NCBI RefSeq assembly: GCF_000142905.1
Contig: NW_013657660.1
Span: forward strand, 148,056-212,055
From: Thecamonas trahens ATCC 50062
Lineage: Eukaryota > Protista > Apusomonadida
Length of the DNA: 64,000 nt
Reading direction: 5' to 3'
Under the pieces are notes generated by a model that did not search any database, was not told where the DNA came from, and worked only from the letters and a program-made list of their open reading frames with translations. The position numbers and the translations under genes are program-made. Positions within the stretch are counted from its first letter, which is position 1, and every line of letters begins with the position of its first letter. Below, in pieces: positions 21,050 to 32,106 of the stretch.

Positions 21050-22582
21050 TTAGCCCGAGAACATCGGCTGGGAGAGGAAGGCCTTGAAGACGTAGAGGGC
21101 ACCATAGGGCGAGTCCTGCGGAACCATGTGGCCGGCCTCCTCGACCGAGACGTAGGAGAAGTTGCCAAAGGCCTTGTACGAGCCGCCGACCTTGGTCTGG
21201 CCGTTCTCCTTGTACGACCACGGCTTGTACGAGGCGGCGTTGTAGCCGGACTGGCCGGACCACTGCAGGTCGTCCATCCAGGCCTGGACGCCGAGGTAGT
21301 TGCAGATGATGTCGAGCTCGCCGTTGAGGGTCCAGACCGGAACGCCAGACTCGAGCACGTACTTGACCTCGTCGGCAAACGAGGAAATCGAGTCCTTGGC
21401 GGTGATGGCCGAGCGGACGCAGACGGACCAGTCCTTGTTGACGCCGAGTGCCTGCTGGACGGCCGGCAGGTTCATGTAGTCAGTCTGGAGGGTAAAGTTG
21501 TAGCAGAGGCCGGGCACGACGCACGGGAGCTTGCGGTTGTACGGGTTGTGGCTCCCGATGGCGCGCGACTCGATCGAGTTGCACTCGACAGACGCCAGCG
21601 TCGTCGCCCCGATCTTGATCAGCTCGGCGCACCGCTTGTACGCTGCGTCGAGCGACTTGGCCTCGGACGAAGAGATGAGCCCGTACTTGAGCGAGTACGG
21701 CGCAAACGAGCCGTACTGCAGGAGCGGGTCGACCCAGCCGTCTCCGATCTCGATGGCCTTGAGGTTGAGGCCAATGCCGTTGCCGGACGCCTCCTGCCGC
21801 AGGATCGCCGCGCCAAGGCTCGGCACGTAGTGGCCGCCAAAGCTCTCGCCGGTGATGTACAGCGGGTTGTCCAGGAGGTGCGGGTACTTCTCAAAGAAGC
21901 CCTTGAAGAACGCCAGCATGTTGGTTGCCATCTGCGCCTCGTCGGTCACCTTGTCCACGCCCGTCGAGAACCCGACGTCCGTCGGCTGGTCGATGTAGAT
22001 CATGTTCGCCACCGTGTTCCACGAGCCCGGGTTGTACTCGAGCGTCAGGTCGTCCTTGACACGGAACGGGCCGTTCTCAAACAGCGCCGCCAGCTCCGAC
22101 GAGCACCCAGGGCCGCCTAAAGCTCGCCCGTGTCGCCCGTCCATGTCGCCCGCCCGTGTCGCCCGCCCATGTCGCCCGCCCGCGTAGCCATAATTCCATC
22201 TCCTGTGAGTGGCTCGTCCGATCCTTGGCTCTGTAGCCGGTGGTCCCCCTCGCGCCGACCCTCGCACGTGACCTCTCCGCCAAGGCCCACCGCCAAGCGA
22301 ACCTACCTGCCCACACCGCCCACACTGCCCCCCCTCCCCCCTCCCTCTCCCCTCCCTCTCAGCACAGCACGTACCCGTCATCCAAAGCACAACAGGGTCG
22401 TTGGCAGGGTCGTTCTGCGACTCCATGAGCCAGTAGAAGTACTCGGCCTGGTTGGCCGGGTCCACCTCGATGTAGCCAGCGTACTGCTCAAACTTGGGCG
22501 TCGCCGGCTGGCCCGGGAGCACAAAGCCGACAGCAACGGCCGCAAGCAGGGCCACCATGGCAATTGTTGCAATTCCCTTCAT
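21050..22582 (-). CDS. Serine carboxypeptidase (peptidase S10); exons 22582-22375 and 22116-21050
   Basis: Signal peptide; WMTG|GPGCSS joined across a 258-bp intron (22374-22117); GESFGGHY, GELDIIC and AGHMVP catalytic motifs. Confidence 0.93.
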   Translation of the reverse strand: MKGIATIAMVALLAAVAVGFVLPGQPATPKFEQYAGYIEVDPANQAEYFYWLMESQNDPANDPVVLWMTGTCCAEREGRGRGEGGQCGRCGQVGSLGGGPWRRGHVRGSARGGPPATEPRIGRATHRRWNYGYAGGRHGRATRAGDMDGRHGRALGGPGCSSELAALFENGPFRVKDDLTLEYNPGSWNTVANMIYIDQPTDVGFSTGVDKVTDEAQMATNMLAFFKGFFEKYPHLLDNPLYITGESFGGHYVPSLGAAILRQEASGNGIGLNLKAIEIGDGWVDPLLQYGSFAPYSLKYGLISSSEAKSLDAAYKRCAELIKIGATTLASVECNSIESRAIGSHNPYNRKLPCVVPGLCYNFTLQTDYMNLPAVQQALGVNKDWSVCVRSAITAKDSISSFADEVKYVLESGVPVWTLNGELDIICNYLGVQAWMDDLQWSGQSGYNAASYKPWSYKENGQTKVGGSYKAFGNFSYVSVEEAGHMVPQDSPYGALYVFKAFLSQPMFSG

Positions 22583-22654
22583 TGCTCTTGCTCTGAAGTG
22601 GGGTGTGTGTAGTCGTGCTAACTCTGCTTCCGTGCGCCGACAGAGAACGTGTTA

Positions 22655-25495
22655 TCAAAACAGCTTCTTGGCTTTGCGCAGCTTGGTCTGCCGCCAGCCA
22701 GGGAGCGTATCAAACGCTTCGCGATCCATGCCAAAGACCTCGGCAAACTCAGCCGCGGAGAGGTAGTCCTGGAGCCGACAGGGATCGCAGCCGGCCGGCG
22801 GCGGGCGCTTGCGAAGGACCTCGTAGGGGTGGATGTCGTCGACGGCGGCGGCGGCGAGCATGGCGCNNNNNNNNNNNNNNNNNNNNNNNNNNNNNNNNNN
22901 NNNNNNNNNNNNNNNNNNNNNNNNNNNNNNNNNNNNNNNNNNNNNNNNNNNNNNNNNNNNNNNNNNNNNNNNNNNNNNNNNNNNNNNNNNNNNNNNNNNN
23001 NNNNNGGCGACGATTTGCCTCCGCCGTCGGCAGCCGAGGCGGACGCGGAAGCAGCCGACTCGGAGCCGACCACGCGCCCAACGCCGGCCATCTGTGCGAG
23101 GCCCGCGTCGTCGTAGGCCGCCGAAAGCGAAGCGGCTGCCGACGCGTCCCACGCGTGAAAGTGGCAGGTGAAGAGCGGCGGCTCGTGGCCAGCCTGGATG
23201 ACCAGGATCGGGACGTTGGCCGAGTCACGCCCGTCGTCGGCGCTGTCGACGTAGTCGACCGCCAGCTGCGCCGCCTTGGATCGCTCCTCGGCGTTGGCGC
23301 CGGCGCCGACCCACACAAAGACCTCAACAAAGGTGTCGAGGACGTATACGTCGTCGCCGAGGAGATCCTCCTGCGCAAAGTTGGGCACCTCCTCGACCCG
23401 GAACGAGCCGGTGGCGTTGGAGCACCAAAACAGTCGCGGCTCGACAGGCACCTCGACGAGATGTGCGTACGATGCGTACTCGCCCTTGCCGCCGAGCGCG
23501 TCCCAAAACGCCTGCGGCTCGGCGCCCTCTTCCACAACCACCGAGTCACGCGGCACGCGCGAGACCGTCTTTGCCACCGCCGACGCCATCGCCCGCTCGG
23601 CAAGGGACGCTCCACCGCCGAGCCACACAAACTGGTGGCCCGGGGCGTCGAGGACAAACGCGTCGTTGGCGTTGAGCGACGCCGCCAACGGCTCGACCTG
23701 TACCGCCCGCACGTTCTCGGCCCGGCTTCCGCGGACGTGGAAGAGCTGGATTGCGTCCGGCGGATCGTACGCGTCGGTCTCGTTGACGTTGCCAAAGCCG
23801 GACGCGGCGCCGCCGGAGCGAATGACCACGCCCGACGGGAAGAGCGAGAGAAAGTGGAACGTTTCCTTGCCCTGCACGATGCGGACTTGGCTTGCCGGCA
23901 CCTTCGACTGGGCATCGAGGTTGCGAGCCTGGAGCGCGGCAGCGCCGCGCTCGTCGGCGGTCGAGTCGCGGCCCTGGTAGATGTACAGCAGCTCCTCGTC
24001 GCGGTTGCCGTTGCGGTACGCGTACTGCACTACGTACGAGTCGCCGGCAAAGAACTGGCCGTGAAGCTGCGGGTCGACTCTGACGAGCTCAAAGTCCTCG
24101 ATCCGGTACACGGTGACGGTTCCGGACCCATCGTCAATGGTCTTTTCTTCGTACTCGCGGGCAGCGGCGCGGAGCGCCTCGACGTCAACCTCGGGTTGGG
24201 CAGTGGCGCTTGCGGCGGCGCTCTCGCTAGCCGCCGCCTCCTTGGCTGCCGTCAGCGCCGCCCGCTCGGCCGCAAACCAGTCGGCAAACTTGGCCTTGAA
24301 CAGGGTCGTCTCGCCGCGCTCGACAACGCGGGTAATCGGCGTGTGGAGCGGGCGGCTGTTTGTGGTGAGAAAGTTCTCGGCGATGGCCATCGAGTCGCGC
24401 CGCTCGGCCTTGGTCGCGCCGGACCCAACCCACACAAACAGCTCGGCGCCGCAGTCAAGGACAAAGGCGTCTTCGGTGTCGAGCATGGCCTTGGAGAGCG
24501 GCGGCCGGCCGACCTCGACGACGCTCATCTCGCCCGACGCATCCGAAACCCGATACAGCACCGTCGCGCTTCCTGTTGCGTCCTCAAACGCGGCGTCGTC
24601 GTCGTCACCGGCGGCGATGGCCTCACCGGCCGGCACCGGGCCTCCGAGCAGGGACCAGAACTCGTCGAGATCGGCCTGCAGAACGTCGTGCGAGTTGCGC
24701 GAGTCGACGAGCACAATCCGCGCCCGCGCGCCGCGCTCGCTGTCGCGGATCCGCACCGTCAGCTCCATGGCCCGCCCGCGCTCGCGGCGTGACGACTGGG
24801 CGCCGTTGAACTGGAAGATCGTGAGGCCATGGTCGAGCACAAACACGTCGCCCTCGTTGAGCGATCGCCAGCTGAGCTCGACCGGCACCGCTCGCACATA
24901 CCGCTTGCCCTTGATGTGCAGCAGCCGCGGCTCGTACTCGTCGGGCTTCACCGCCCGGAAGCCCGACTCAATGCCGCCACTCATGTACCGCAGGCCATCC
25001 TTGAACAACGAGAGGAACAGAGTCGACTCGTGGCCCTCGACCTCGCGATGCTGCACCGCCCGCCCTTCCAACAGGTCATCCAGCTCGACCGTCAGCAGCG
25101 CCGCCCCACCGCGCTCGTCGGTCGAGCTCTCCGAGCCAAGCCAAAAGTACGCGTCAAAGCTCTGCCGCCCGCCGCGGCCTTCCTTGGTGTGTAGCACCAC
25201 ATACGCATCGCCCGAGTACAGCGTACCATACTTCTCCTTGGGCCACGGCACAGGCCGCATGTTCTCCACGCGCCAGATCTGAGCATGGGTCGCGGAATGG
25301 ACGCAAAGAAGGAAAAAAAATATATCCGTGAGAATGTTGCGCAACGCACGAGCACGCAACCGGCACTAGCGACACGCAAACCACGCGCCTCGCTCGACAC
25401 TACCCACCCTACCCACCCTCACCCTCCCTCCCTCCTCCTGTATTGTCGCATACCTCGAGACCTGCTGACTGTCCGGGTGTTGAGGGGTACGACAT
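22655..25495 (-). CDS. Villin (gelsolin repeats plus headpiece); exon 1 25495-25454, exon 2 from 25278; spans an N gap
   Basis: AGLE|[24 protein letters not shown] and [11 protein letters not shown]; C-terminal headpiece [29 protein letters not shown]. Confidence 0.93.
22867..23005. other. Assembly gap (139 N) within the villin linker
   Basis: N run. Confidence 0.99.
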
Positions 25496-25567
25496 GGCTG
25501 GAAGTGGTGAGCCGGGTGGTGCTTGCTGCGGCCACGCGACACGGGTGTTGCCGCAGGTGTCAATCCT

Positions 25568-25731
25568 GGCCGGTTGGTTGGTTGGTTGGCTGGTCGGCCG
25601 GTTGGTTGGTTGGTTGGCTGGTCGGCCGGTTGGTTGGTTGGTTGGCTGGTCGGCCGGTTGGTTGGTTGGTTGGCTGGTCGGCCGGTTGGTTGGTTGGTTG
25701 GCTGGTCGGCCGGTTGGTTGGTTGGCCGGTC
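25568..25731. repeat. 28-bp tandem repeat GGCCGGTTGGTTGGTTGGTTGGCTGGTC, 5 perfect copies plus 1 degenerate
   Basis: Read directly from the sequence; lies about 70 bp upstream of the villin ATG. Confidence 0.95.
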
Positions 25732-25827
25732 GTGGCCGGCCAGTGGGGGGCGATGATGCCTACCTAGCGACCGATGTCTTCCTCTGCCATGACAGGGAGG
25801 TAGGGGATGAACCCTTCCCCCCCCCCC

Positions 25828-25927
25828 NNNNNNNNNNNNNNNNNNNNNNNNNNNNNNNNNNNNNNNNNNNNNNNNNNNNNNNNNNNNNNNNNNNNNNNNN
25901 NNNNNNNNNNNNNNNNNNNNNNNNNNN
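25828..25927. other. Assembly gap (100 N)
   Basis: N run after a poly-C tract. Confidence 0.99.
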
Positions 25928-25985
25928 CTCCATCCTCCTCCTCCTATCCCCCATCGCCTCCCATCGACTCCCATCGCAACGCTTG

Positions 25986-26210
25986 TTATTCCTCGCTCTG
26001 TGTCCCGGCGCCCGTGCCCGCAGCCTCTCCGTCGATGCCATCGTACTGCAGCGCCGCCTTGAGCGAGTGCAGCTGGAGGAGCTTGTCCGCCGGGAGCACT
26101 GGGTCGGAGGCCATAAAGCTGGCGATGATGCCCTGGACCTCGGTCCCGGACAGCGGCCGCTGCTGCTCGTCGTGGGTGACGACCTGAACCCGCTCTGCGT
26201 CTGCCTCCAT
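25986..26210 (-). CDS. Small hypothetical protein (about 74 aa); possible upstream exon at 26440-26417
   Basis: Coding-like ORF MEADAERVQVV..LHSLKAALQY; GTGAGT donor at 26416 followed by a G-rich tract. Confidence 0.45.
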   Translation of the reverse strand: MEADAERVQVVTHDEQQRPLSGTEVQGIIASFMASDPVLPADKLLQLHSLKAALQYDGIDGEAAGTGAGTQSEE

Positions 26211-26701
26211 GATCCAACGGTGTATAAGCAACCCCAAGTCAAGTGTGTGCCCTTGTCCACCCTCTTGCCACAACTATCTCCCGCCCCCCCCCCCCCCCCC
26301 CCCCCCCCCTCTCCACCGCCACCTCCGCCCACCACCAACCCCACCGGCCCCAACCCCAACGAATGGATGGATGGATGGCTGTCACCAGAGACACCCACAG
26401 CCCACCGCCGACTCACCCCCGCCAGCAGATCCCCCGGCATATCCAGGCATGCACATCCAGGCCATGATGGGACACTGTTAAATGACCCACCACCACCACA
26501 TCAATGCGTACCGCACTCTGCATCCCACTGGCTACATCCACCCGATCTATGAATGTGGACCTGGATCGAGGCATCCCCCCTCCTCCTCCTCCTCCTCCTC
26601 CAACCCGACTCACCGCCTGCACTCCCTCTTCCCCAATACCTACACCGCCCAACACCCCTCCCATCCATCCATCCCCCCCCCCCTCCCCTTCCCGTCACCA
26701 C

Positions 26702-28801
26702 ATGCTCCGTATCAGCTTCACATCCCTCTCTGCCTCACGCCTCGCTATCGCCATCACCCCACGCTTCCTCGCCTCTGCGCCGCGTACTCCGCCTCCCCCG
26801 CAACCCGAGCCAAAGCCCAAGCCCAAGCCCAGGTCCAAGGCCCGCGCCCTGACACGCGCCTACAACGCACAGCTCGCCTCACTCTACGGCCTGGCCAAGG
26901 CCAGGTTCCCGGCCCGTGCGCCCTACGCCCGCCTCCGTGCTGTCTTTGACGAGCTCTGCGCGTCGTCGGCCACCTCACCCGACGCGTACTCGCTCCGCTA
27001 CGCCATGCTCGCCGCCCTCCTGCACTCGGACGTGGGCGCCGCCCGCGCCTGGCGTGACTCCCAGCCTGCCGCTCTCGACGACATTGCCGAGCGCGCGTAC
27101 ATCGAGGTCCTTGCCCGCGGATCCGACGACGACCTCCACTCTGCGGTCTCGGCCGTCCTCGACAACGCGCTGCTCCACGAGCCGTCGGCCCATCTCTACG
27201 GCAGCCTCATGCTCGCACTCGCCTCGCCGCGCCGGACTGCACCGCCGCCGGCCGATCGCCTTGCGCTCGCGCTTTCGCTCTCTGACCACATGCACGCGCG
27301 TGCGCGCGTGTCACCGACTGCGGTCCACTACGCCTCGCTCTCCGCCCTTGCCCTTGCATCCGGCCAGCTTCCGCTCGGCATGCGGGTGCTTGAACGGATG
27401 GATGCCGAAGGTGGCAACGCTGCGCCCACCCCGGCCACCTTTGCGTCGCTCTTCACCGCCCTCCGCACCCTCTCTCGCTCGCGGGCCGCGCCGCCGCCGC
27501 CCGACCTCGTCGCCCTCGGCGACGCCCTCTACGCCGCCATGCACCTCCGCGGCATACCGCCGCATACCAGGGTATTCAACGAGTTCCTTCGGCTCCTCGC
27601 TTCGCTCGCGCCGGCCTCTTCTGCCGCACGCCAGCGGGCGCTTGCTCTCTGGACCTCGCGCGCTGAACTCACCACCCCGCTCGATGATCACTCGTACATG
27701 CTCGCCCTCCGCGTTCTCGACGCTGAGGTCGCCGCTGCCCCATCCGCTGCCCGCCCGGTCCTCAGCTCCATGATCGACGTCTTTCAAGACTACCTCCAAT
27801 CCAAGCTCGACTCGGGCTCGGCCTCGTCTGCCCGCATGCAATGGGAGCTCGTCCTGCCCATCCTCAACGTTGGTGCTTCCGCCCTCGCTCCCGCCCCAAT
27901 GTCGCAGTACCTCGGCCTTGCCGCTGTCACCGCTGCAGAAGTGGAGCCGCCGACCTCGCCGCCGCCGCCGCTCCATACCCGTCTCGCTCCCGTCCTCGCC
28001 GCCGTCCGCACCGCCTGGGCCTCCTCCGCCACCGTTGACCAGTGGCTCGACCTCATCGCCGCCCTCCGCATCGATCCCCTAACCTCGCCGCGGCTCATTG
28101 TCAATCTTCTCCCGTCGCAGCCGCTGGCGCTCGAAACGCTCCGCATTCTTGCCCGCCTCCACTCTGGCCATCCCGACCTCAACCTCCTGCTTCATGCCCT
28201 CGAGTCCGGTACTGGCTCGCTCCGCAGCCTCTACCCAGCCTTTGTTGCCGGCGCGCTCCGCTCCAAGGTCTCGCCGGCCGAGCTGTGGCAGACCGAGCTT
28301 GGTGCCGCCCGTGCCGCCTCCATCCAGGGGCCCGCCCACGCCGTCGCCCTTCTTTCCGACTCGCTCTCGCTCCTTCCACCTCCGCCGCTCAAGGCCGACC
28401 CTGATCTCGCTGATGCCATCCTCGCCGTCACCGCCCGCCTGGGTGCCGTCGAGCTCGACACCGCCACCCAGCTCCTTCGTGCCGTCCTCAAGCCGGCCTC
28501 CATCGACCTCGACCCGGCCGCACCGGTCCGCGGCTACAAGCGCATGTGGTACACGCTGAGTGTCCGCATGCTCGCCCGCCTCACCGCTGCCGCCCTCGGT
28601 CCCTCTGCCTCTGCTTCCGACCTCCGCACCTATGCAGAGTCACTTGCTCGCTCCGCCGGCCTCGTCCTCTTTGATCCGTCTGTCTCGGCCGGCCGCCAGC
28701 GCCTCGACCGCGTCCAGGCCACCGCCGCCTCTCTCGGCTTGCTCTTTGCCACCCGCGACGCCGTTCGTCCCTCCCGCCGCACACCTCTGTCGTCCCCGTG
28801 A
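26702..28801 (+). CDS. Pentatricopeptide-repeat (PPR)-like protein, probably mitochondrial
   Basis: Ser/Arg-rich presequence-like start MLRISFTSLSASRL; about 35-aa-spaced motifs PSAHLYGSLM, PTAVHYASL, PTPATFASLF and PHTRVFNEFL. Confidence 0.7.
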   Translation: MLRISFTSLSASRLAIAITPRFLASAPRTPPPPQPEPKPKPKPRSKARALTRAYNAQLASLYGLAKARFPARAPYARLRAVFDELCASSATSPDAYSLRYAMLAALLHSDVGAARAWRDSQPAALDDIAERAYIEVLARGSDDDLHSAVSAVLDNALLHEPSAHLYGSLMLALASPRRTAPPPADRLALALSLSDHMHARARVSPTAVHYASLSALALASGQLPLGMRVLERMDAEGGNAAPTPATFASLFTALRTLSRSRAAPPPPDLVALGDALYAAMHLRGIPPHTRVFNEFLRLLASLAPASSAARQRALALWTSRAELTTPLDDHSYMLALRVLDAEVAAAPSAARPVLSSMIDVFQDYLQSKLDSGSASSARMQWELVLPILNVGASALAPAPMSQYLGLAAVTAAEVEPPTSPPPPLHTRLAPVLAAVRTAWASSATVDQWLDLIAALRIDPLTSPRLIVNLLPSQPLALETLRILARLHSGHPDLNLLLHALESGTGSLRSLYPAFVAGALRSKVSPAELWQTELGAARAASIQGPAHAVALLSDSLSLLPPPPLKADPDLADAILAVTARLGAVELDTATQLLRAVLKPASIDLDPAAPVRGYKRMWYTLSVRMLARLTAAALGPSASASDLRTYAESLARSAGLVLFDPSVSAGRQRLDRVQATAASLGLLFATRDAVRPSRRTPLSSP

Positions 28802-28810
28802 AACACCTGT

Positions 28811-29980
28811 TTACAGCCCTGCCTCCAAGCCTTTCATCCACCCGCCGACCTCGCTGCACATCGCCTGCGCGCCGGCCAGCACGGCCTCGCCATACTTCCC
28901 CACATCGCCAACCCGCATCGCATCGCCCAGTGTCGCCGCTAGCGTCGTCCAGCTTGCGTGCAGGTCGGTAACAGCGCACGCGTCGAGCCCAAACCCGACG
29001 CACTCGACCACAGCGTCGAATACGCGCCCAGACTGCGCATCGCCCTCGAGCCACGCGTCAAAGTACGCCTCACGTTCGGCGTGCCCGGCCAGTGCCGGCT
29101 CGCGGAGCCACGTCCCGAGTGGCATCAGCGCGCCATCAGCCAGCCCGACCCGGCCGTCACACTGAGCAACCACTCCGAGCTCCATGCTCGCAGCGACTGC
29201 CGTCTCGCTCACCTTTGCCGCGGCTTTCCGTGTCGTCGCTCTCGCGCGGCACGACACGAATCCGGTGTAGACCCGGCTCGCCCTGCTCTCATCCAGGCCG
29301 AGCGCACCTCGCAGGCCGGCGCCGAGCCTATTGGCGTCGCACCTTGCGAACCGTGCCGACACGACCGGAAATTGCGGAAAGGCCCACACTGTCGGTAAGA
29401 GTCGGTCGCTCAGGACGCCAGCTACCGCCATCGCCACCAGGGCCTCGACGATGGCAGCCTGAGCCTCGGAGTTGCCGCGCGCGCGAACCATCATCACCCT
29501 CTGTCGCGCTTCGTCCGCGCTGCCGCACGCCGCCAGCACCGCTACATCCGCCAGTGCCGCATTCGTCTCATCCTCGGGGCTAGACTCGCCTGCTACGACC
29601 AGCACCCGCACGCTTTCCTCCATCGCGCTCCGCGCCCATGCCGCGCCGCTAGCCACCGCGCCGGTCTCGCCTGCCTCGACCACGACGATTGCACCGCCAC
29701 TGCCACTCCGCGCCGCCTCTACCACCGCCCCGCTTGCGGTCCCTGTACCCGCCTGTCCGACGACCACTCCGGCCACGCCCACCGCAGCCTCCAACCCCGA
29801 CACCGCCACGCTCGCCACCGAGACCGACTTTGTCCCGTGCCCGGACTGCAGCCCCAGTGCGGCCACCCACTTGGCCGCCCGTCCCACCGCCACCACTGCC
29901 ACCACCTCCGCTTCTGCCATCGCCTTCTCCTTCCGCCCGCGGCCACCTCCACTTTTGCCCAATTCGTCATCACACTCCAT
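28811..29980 (-). CDS. Hypothetical Ala/Val-rich protein
   Basis: About 390-aa ORF filling the gap between neighbours; no motif recognised; start uncertain. Confidence 0.5.
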   Translation of the reverse strand: MECDDELGKSGGGRGRKEKAMAEAEVVAVVAVGRAAKWVAALGLQSGHGTKSVSVASVAVSGLEAAVGVAGVVVGQAGTGTASGAVVEAARSGSGGAIVVVEAGETGAVASGAAWARSAMEESVRVLVVAGESSPEDETNAALADVAVLAACGSADEARQRVMMVRARGNSEAQAAIVEALVAMAVAGVLSDRLLPTVWAFPQFPVVSARFARCDANRLGAGLRGALGLDESRASRVYTGFVSCRARATTRKAAAKVSETAVAASMELGVVAQCDGRVGLADGALMPLGTWLREPALAGHAEREAYFDAWLEGDAQSGRVFDAVVECVGFGLDACAVTDLHASWTTLAATLGDAMRVGDVGKYGEAVLAGAQAMCSEVGGWMKGLEAGL

Positions 29981-30114
29981 CGCAGCCGGCCCCGTGCTTG
30001 GCGGCCAAGTAAGACGAGTGCCCTGTGTCCGACACCAACTCCGACCCAACCCAGCACACTCCACCCACGCCACCTCCGCACACCCACCCACTCGCTCCTT
30101 CTTTCTCTTACGAC

Positions 30115-32106
30115 ATGGCCTCCGCAGCATCCACCAATGGCTGGTTTAGAGCTGGGACAAAGACCCCGTTCGCCCCACATCGCCGCGTCCCGCTCGCCAA
30201 CAAGACCAATGCCATGCCCGCGCCTGCCGTGCCGGGGGCTGCGCCGGCGCCAAAGACAAATACATTCAAATTTTGCGGACGGAGCAGGACAGGCGCCAAG
30301 GCCATGCCGCTGCCGGCACGGGCACCACTCGAGTCACGGGTCCATGGCTATGTTCGTGTCCGCCCGCCATTTGCGTCGGAAGCCGGAGAGCCCGACTATG
30401 CCGCTGTCGTCTCCACCGCTGGTGACTTTGCCTCGCTCCACTGGCCGGCCTACGAGCGCGACTTCAAGTTCGACGCCGCCTTTGGTCCGGGCACCTCGCA
30501 GGCAGATCTCTACTCTGCCGTTGCCGCTCCGGTTGTTGCCAAGGTCATCAGCGGATACAACGGCGCCGTGCTTGCTTATGGCCAGACGGGGACCGGGAAA
30601 ACATACACACTCGGCATGCTGCAGCACGATGCGGCTCGGCCCGAGTCGGCAGGTGTTGTCCCGCGCGCCCTCGCCCAAATCTTTGCTGCCGTCGACGACT
30701 CGGTCGAGGTCACCCTCTCGTTTGTGCAGGTCTACTGTGACCGCGTCTACGACTTGCTTGATCCCGGAAACGAGGACCTTGCCGTCCGCGAGTCGCGCGA
30801 GCGCGGCTTCCACATCCCCGGCCTCACCACGGCTGTCGTCGCGTCCGAGGCCGAGGCCATGGCCGCCGTCGCGCGCGGCCTCGAATCACGGGTCATGGCC
30901 TCGACCCTGATGAACGCCACCTCATCCCGCTCTCACGTCATGCTAGCTGTCGACATCGTCGCCGAGGGCCAGTCCTCGCTCACTTCGTCCCGCCTCCTTC
31001 TCGTCGACCTCGCCGGCTCCGAGCGGGTGAAGAAGACCACCTCGTCTGGCCTCCGCCTGCAAGAAGCCAAGTTCATCAACCAATCGCTCTCTGCCCTCGG
31101 TAATGTCATCGCCGCAAAGGCTGAGCGCCGCCGCACCGTTCATGTTCCCTGGCGCGACTCCATCCTCACCAAGCTTCTCCAGTCGTGCCTCGACGGCTCG
31201 TCCATCACCGCCCTCATCGCCACTGTCGGACCGGCGCGCGCCAACCGCGATGAGTCGCTTTCCACTCTGCAGTACGCGCAGCGCGCCATGCACATATCCA
31301 CGCACGCACAGGTCAACACCGTTGCCGCAGACGATCCGCCTCCGCAGACGCTTGCGCCGCAGCCGGTGGCCTCGTCACCGCTGCCTGACCCCGCGTCGTC
31401 GGCCCGCATTGCCGCCCTCGAGTCCAAGCTCGCCGAGTACGAGTCGGTCATGGCCGACCTTGTGGCACAGAACCAGGCCCTCGCCGCTGCCGCTGATCAA
31501 CGCGCGGCCGAGCCGCATCCGCAGCCGCAGCCTCAGTCTCAGCCGCCCGCTCAAGACGTCCTCGACTTTTTCCACCAGCTCTTCCACCGTGTCTACTCCA
31601 AGTCGACTCAACCGGTCCACCTTCTTGCCAAGCTGAAGGCCGAGACCAAGGCCGCCGCCGCGGGCTACGCCGCCCGCCTCGATCTTGGTGGCATTCCCGA
31701 CGAGACCGCTCACTTTGACACCGAGCTCGCCCCGATGTCTGCCTTTGCCTCGCAGCGCGCCTTTGTCGACTACGTCAAGCAGATGGTCGCCTCCATCGAG
31801 TCCAACATCGACTTTACCCTTGAGCACCTCGAAGCCCGCTCCAAGCTCTGTGTCGATATGGCCGCAGAGCTCGACGCCCGTGACGTTGACCTCGACACCT
31901 GGGTCGCTATCCTCAAGTTCCTTCTCTCCACCAACGATTCGCTTCGCTCCAAGCTCGCCGCGCTTGACCCGGCCCTTGCCGCCGAGCATGACACCCAAGC
32001 CCCAGGCGTGCTCCGCAAGGTCATGGCCTACCTCGCTCAGCTTGAGAACCGCGAGTCCGAGTGGCGATCCGCCCGCTCCGCCCCTCCTCCACCCTCACAT
32101 CAGTGA
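30115..32106 (+). CDS. Kinesin-like motor protein with a coiled-coil tail
   Basis: VRVRP, GQTGTGKT (P-loop), NATSSRSH (switch I), DLAGSER (switch II) and HVPWRDS. Confidence 0.95.
   Translation: MASAASTNGWFRAGTKTPFAPHRRVPLANKTNAMPAPAVPGAAPAPKTNTFKFCGRSRTGAKAMPLPARAPLESRVHGYVRVRPPFASEAGEPDYAAVVSTAGDFASLHWPAYERDFKFDAAFGPGTSQADLYSAVAAPVVAKVISGYNGAVLAYGQTGTGKTYTLGMLQHDAARPESAGVVPRALAQIFAAVDDSVEVTLSFVQVYCDRVYDLLDPGNEDLAVRESRERGFHIPGLTTAVVASEAEAMAAVARGLESRVMASTLMNATSSRSHVMLAVDIVAEGQSSLTSSRLLLVDLAGSERVKKTTSSGLRLQEAKFINQSLSALGNVIAAKAERRRTVHVPWRDSILTKLLQSCLDGSSITALIATVGPARANRDESLSTLQYAQRAMHISTHAQVNTVAADDPPPQTLAPQPVASSPLPDPASSARIAALESKLAEYESVMADLVAQNQALAAAADQRAAEPHPQPQPQSQPPAQDVLDFFHQLFHRVYSKSTQPVHLLAKLKAETKAAAAGYAARLDLGGIPDETAHFDTELAPMSAFASQRAFVDYVKQMVASIESNIDFTLEHLEARSKLCVDMAAELDARDVDLDTWVAILKFLLSTNDSLRSKLAALDPALAAEHDTQAPGVLRKVMAYLAQLENRESEWRSARSAPPPPSHQ

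Noticed and set aside
22117-22374. 86-aa Gly/Arg-rich insertion in the carboxypeptidase
   Set aside because: It is a stop-free 258-bp GT-AG intron; removal restores WMTGGPGCSS
22603-24792. Long antisense ORFs such as 22603..24792, 15090..16667, 59155..60624 and 61477..63156
   Set aside because: They are shadow frames of real genes caused by high GC and codon bias, with no independent motifs
25568-25731. Possible CRISPR array or telomeric repeat
   Set aside because: Units are contiguous with no unique spacers, the context is eukaryotic, and it is an internal GGTT repeat rather than TTAGGG
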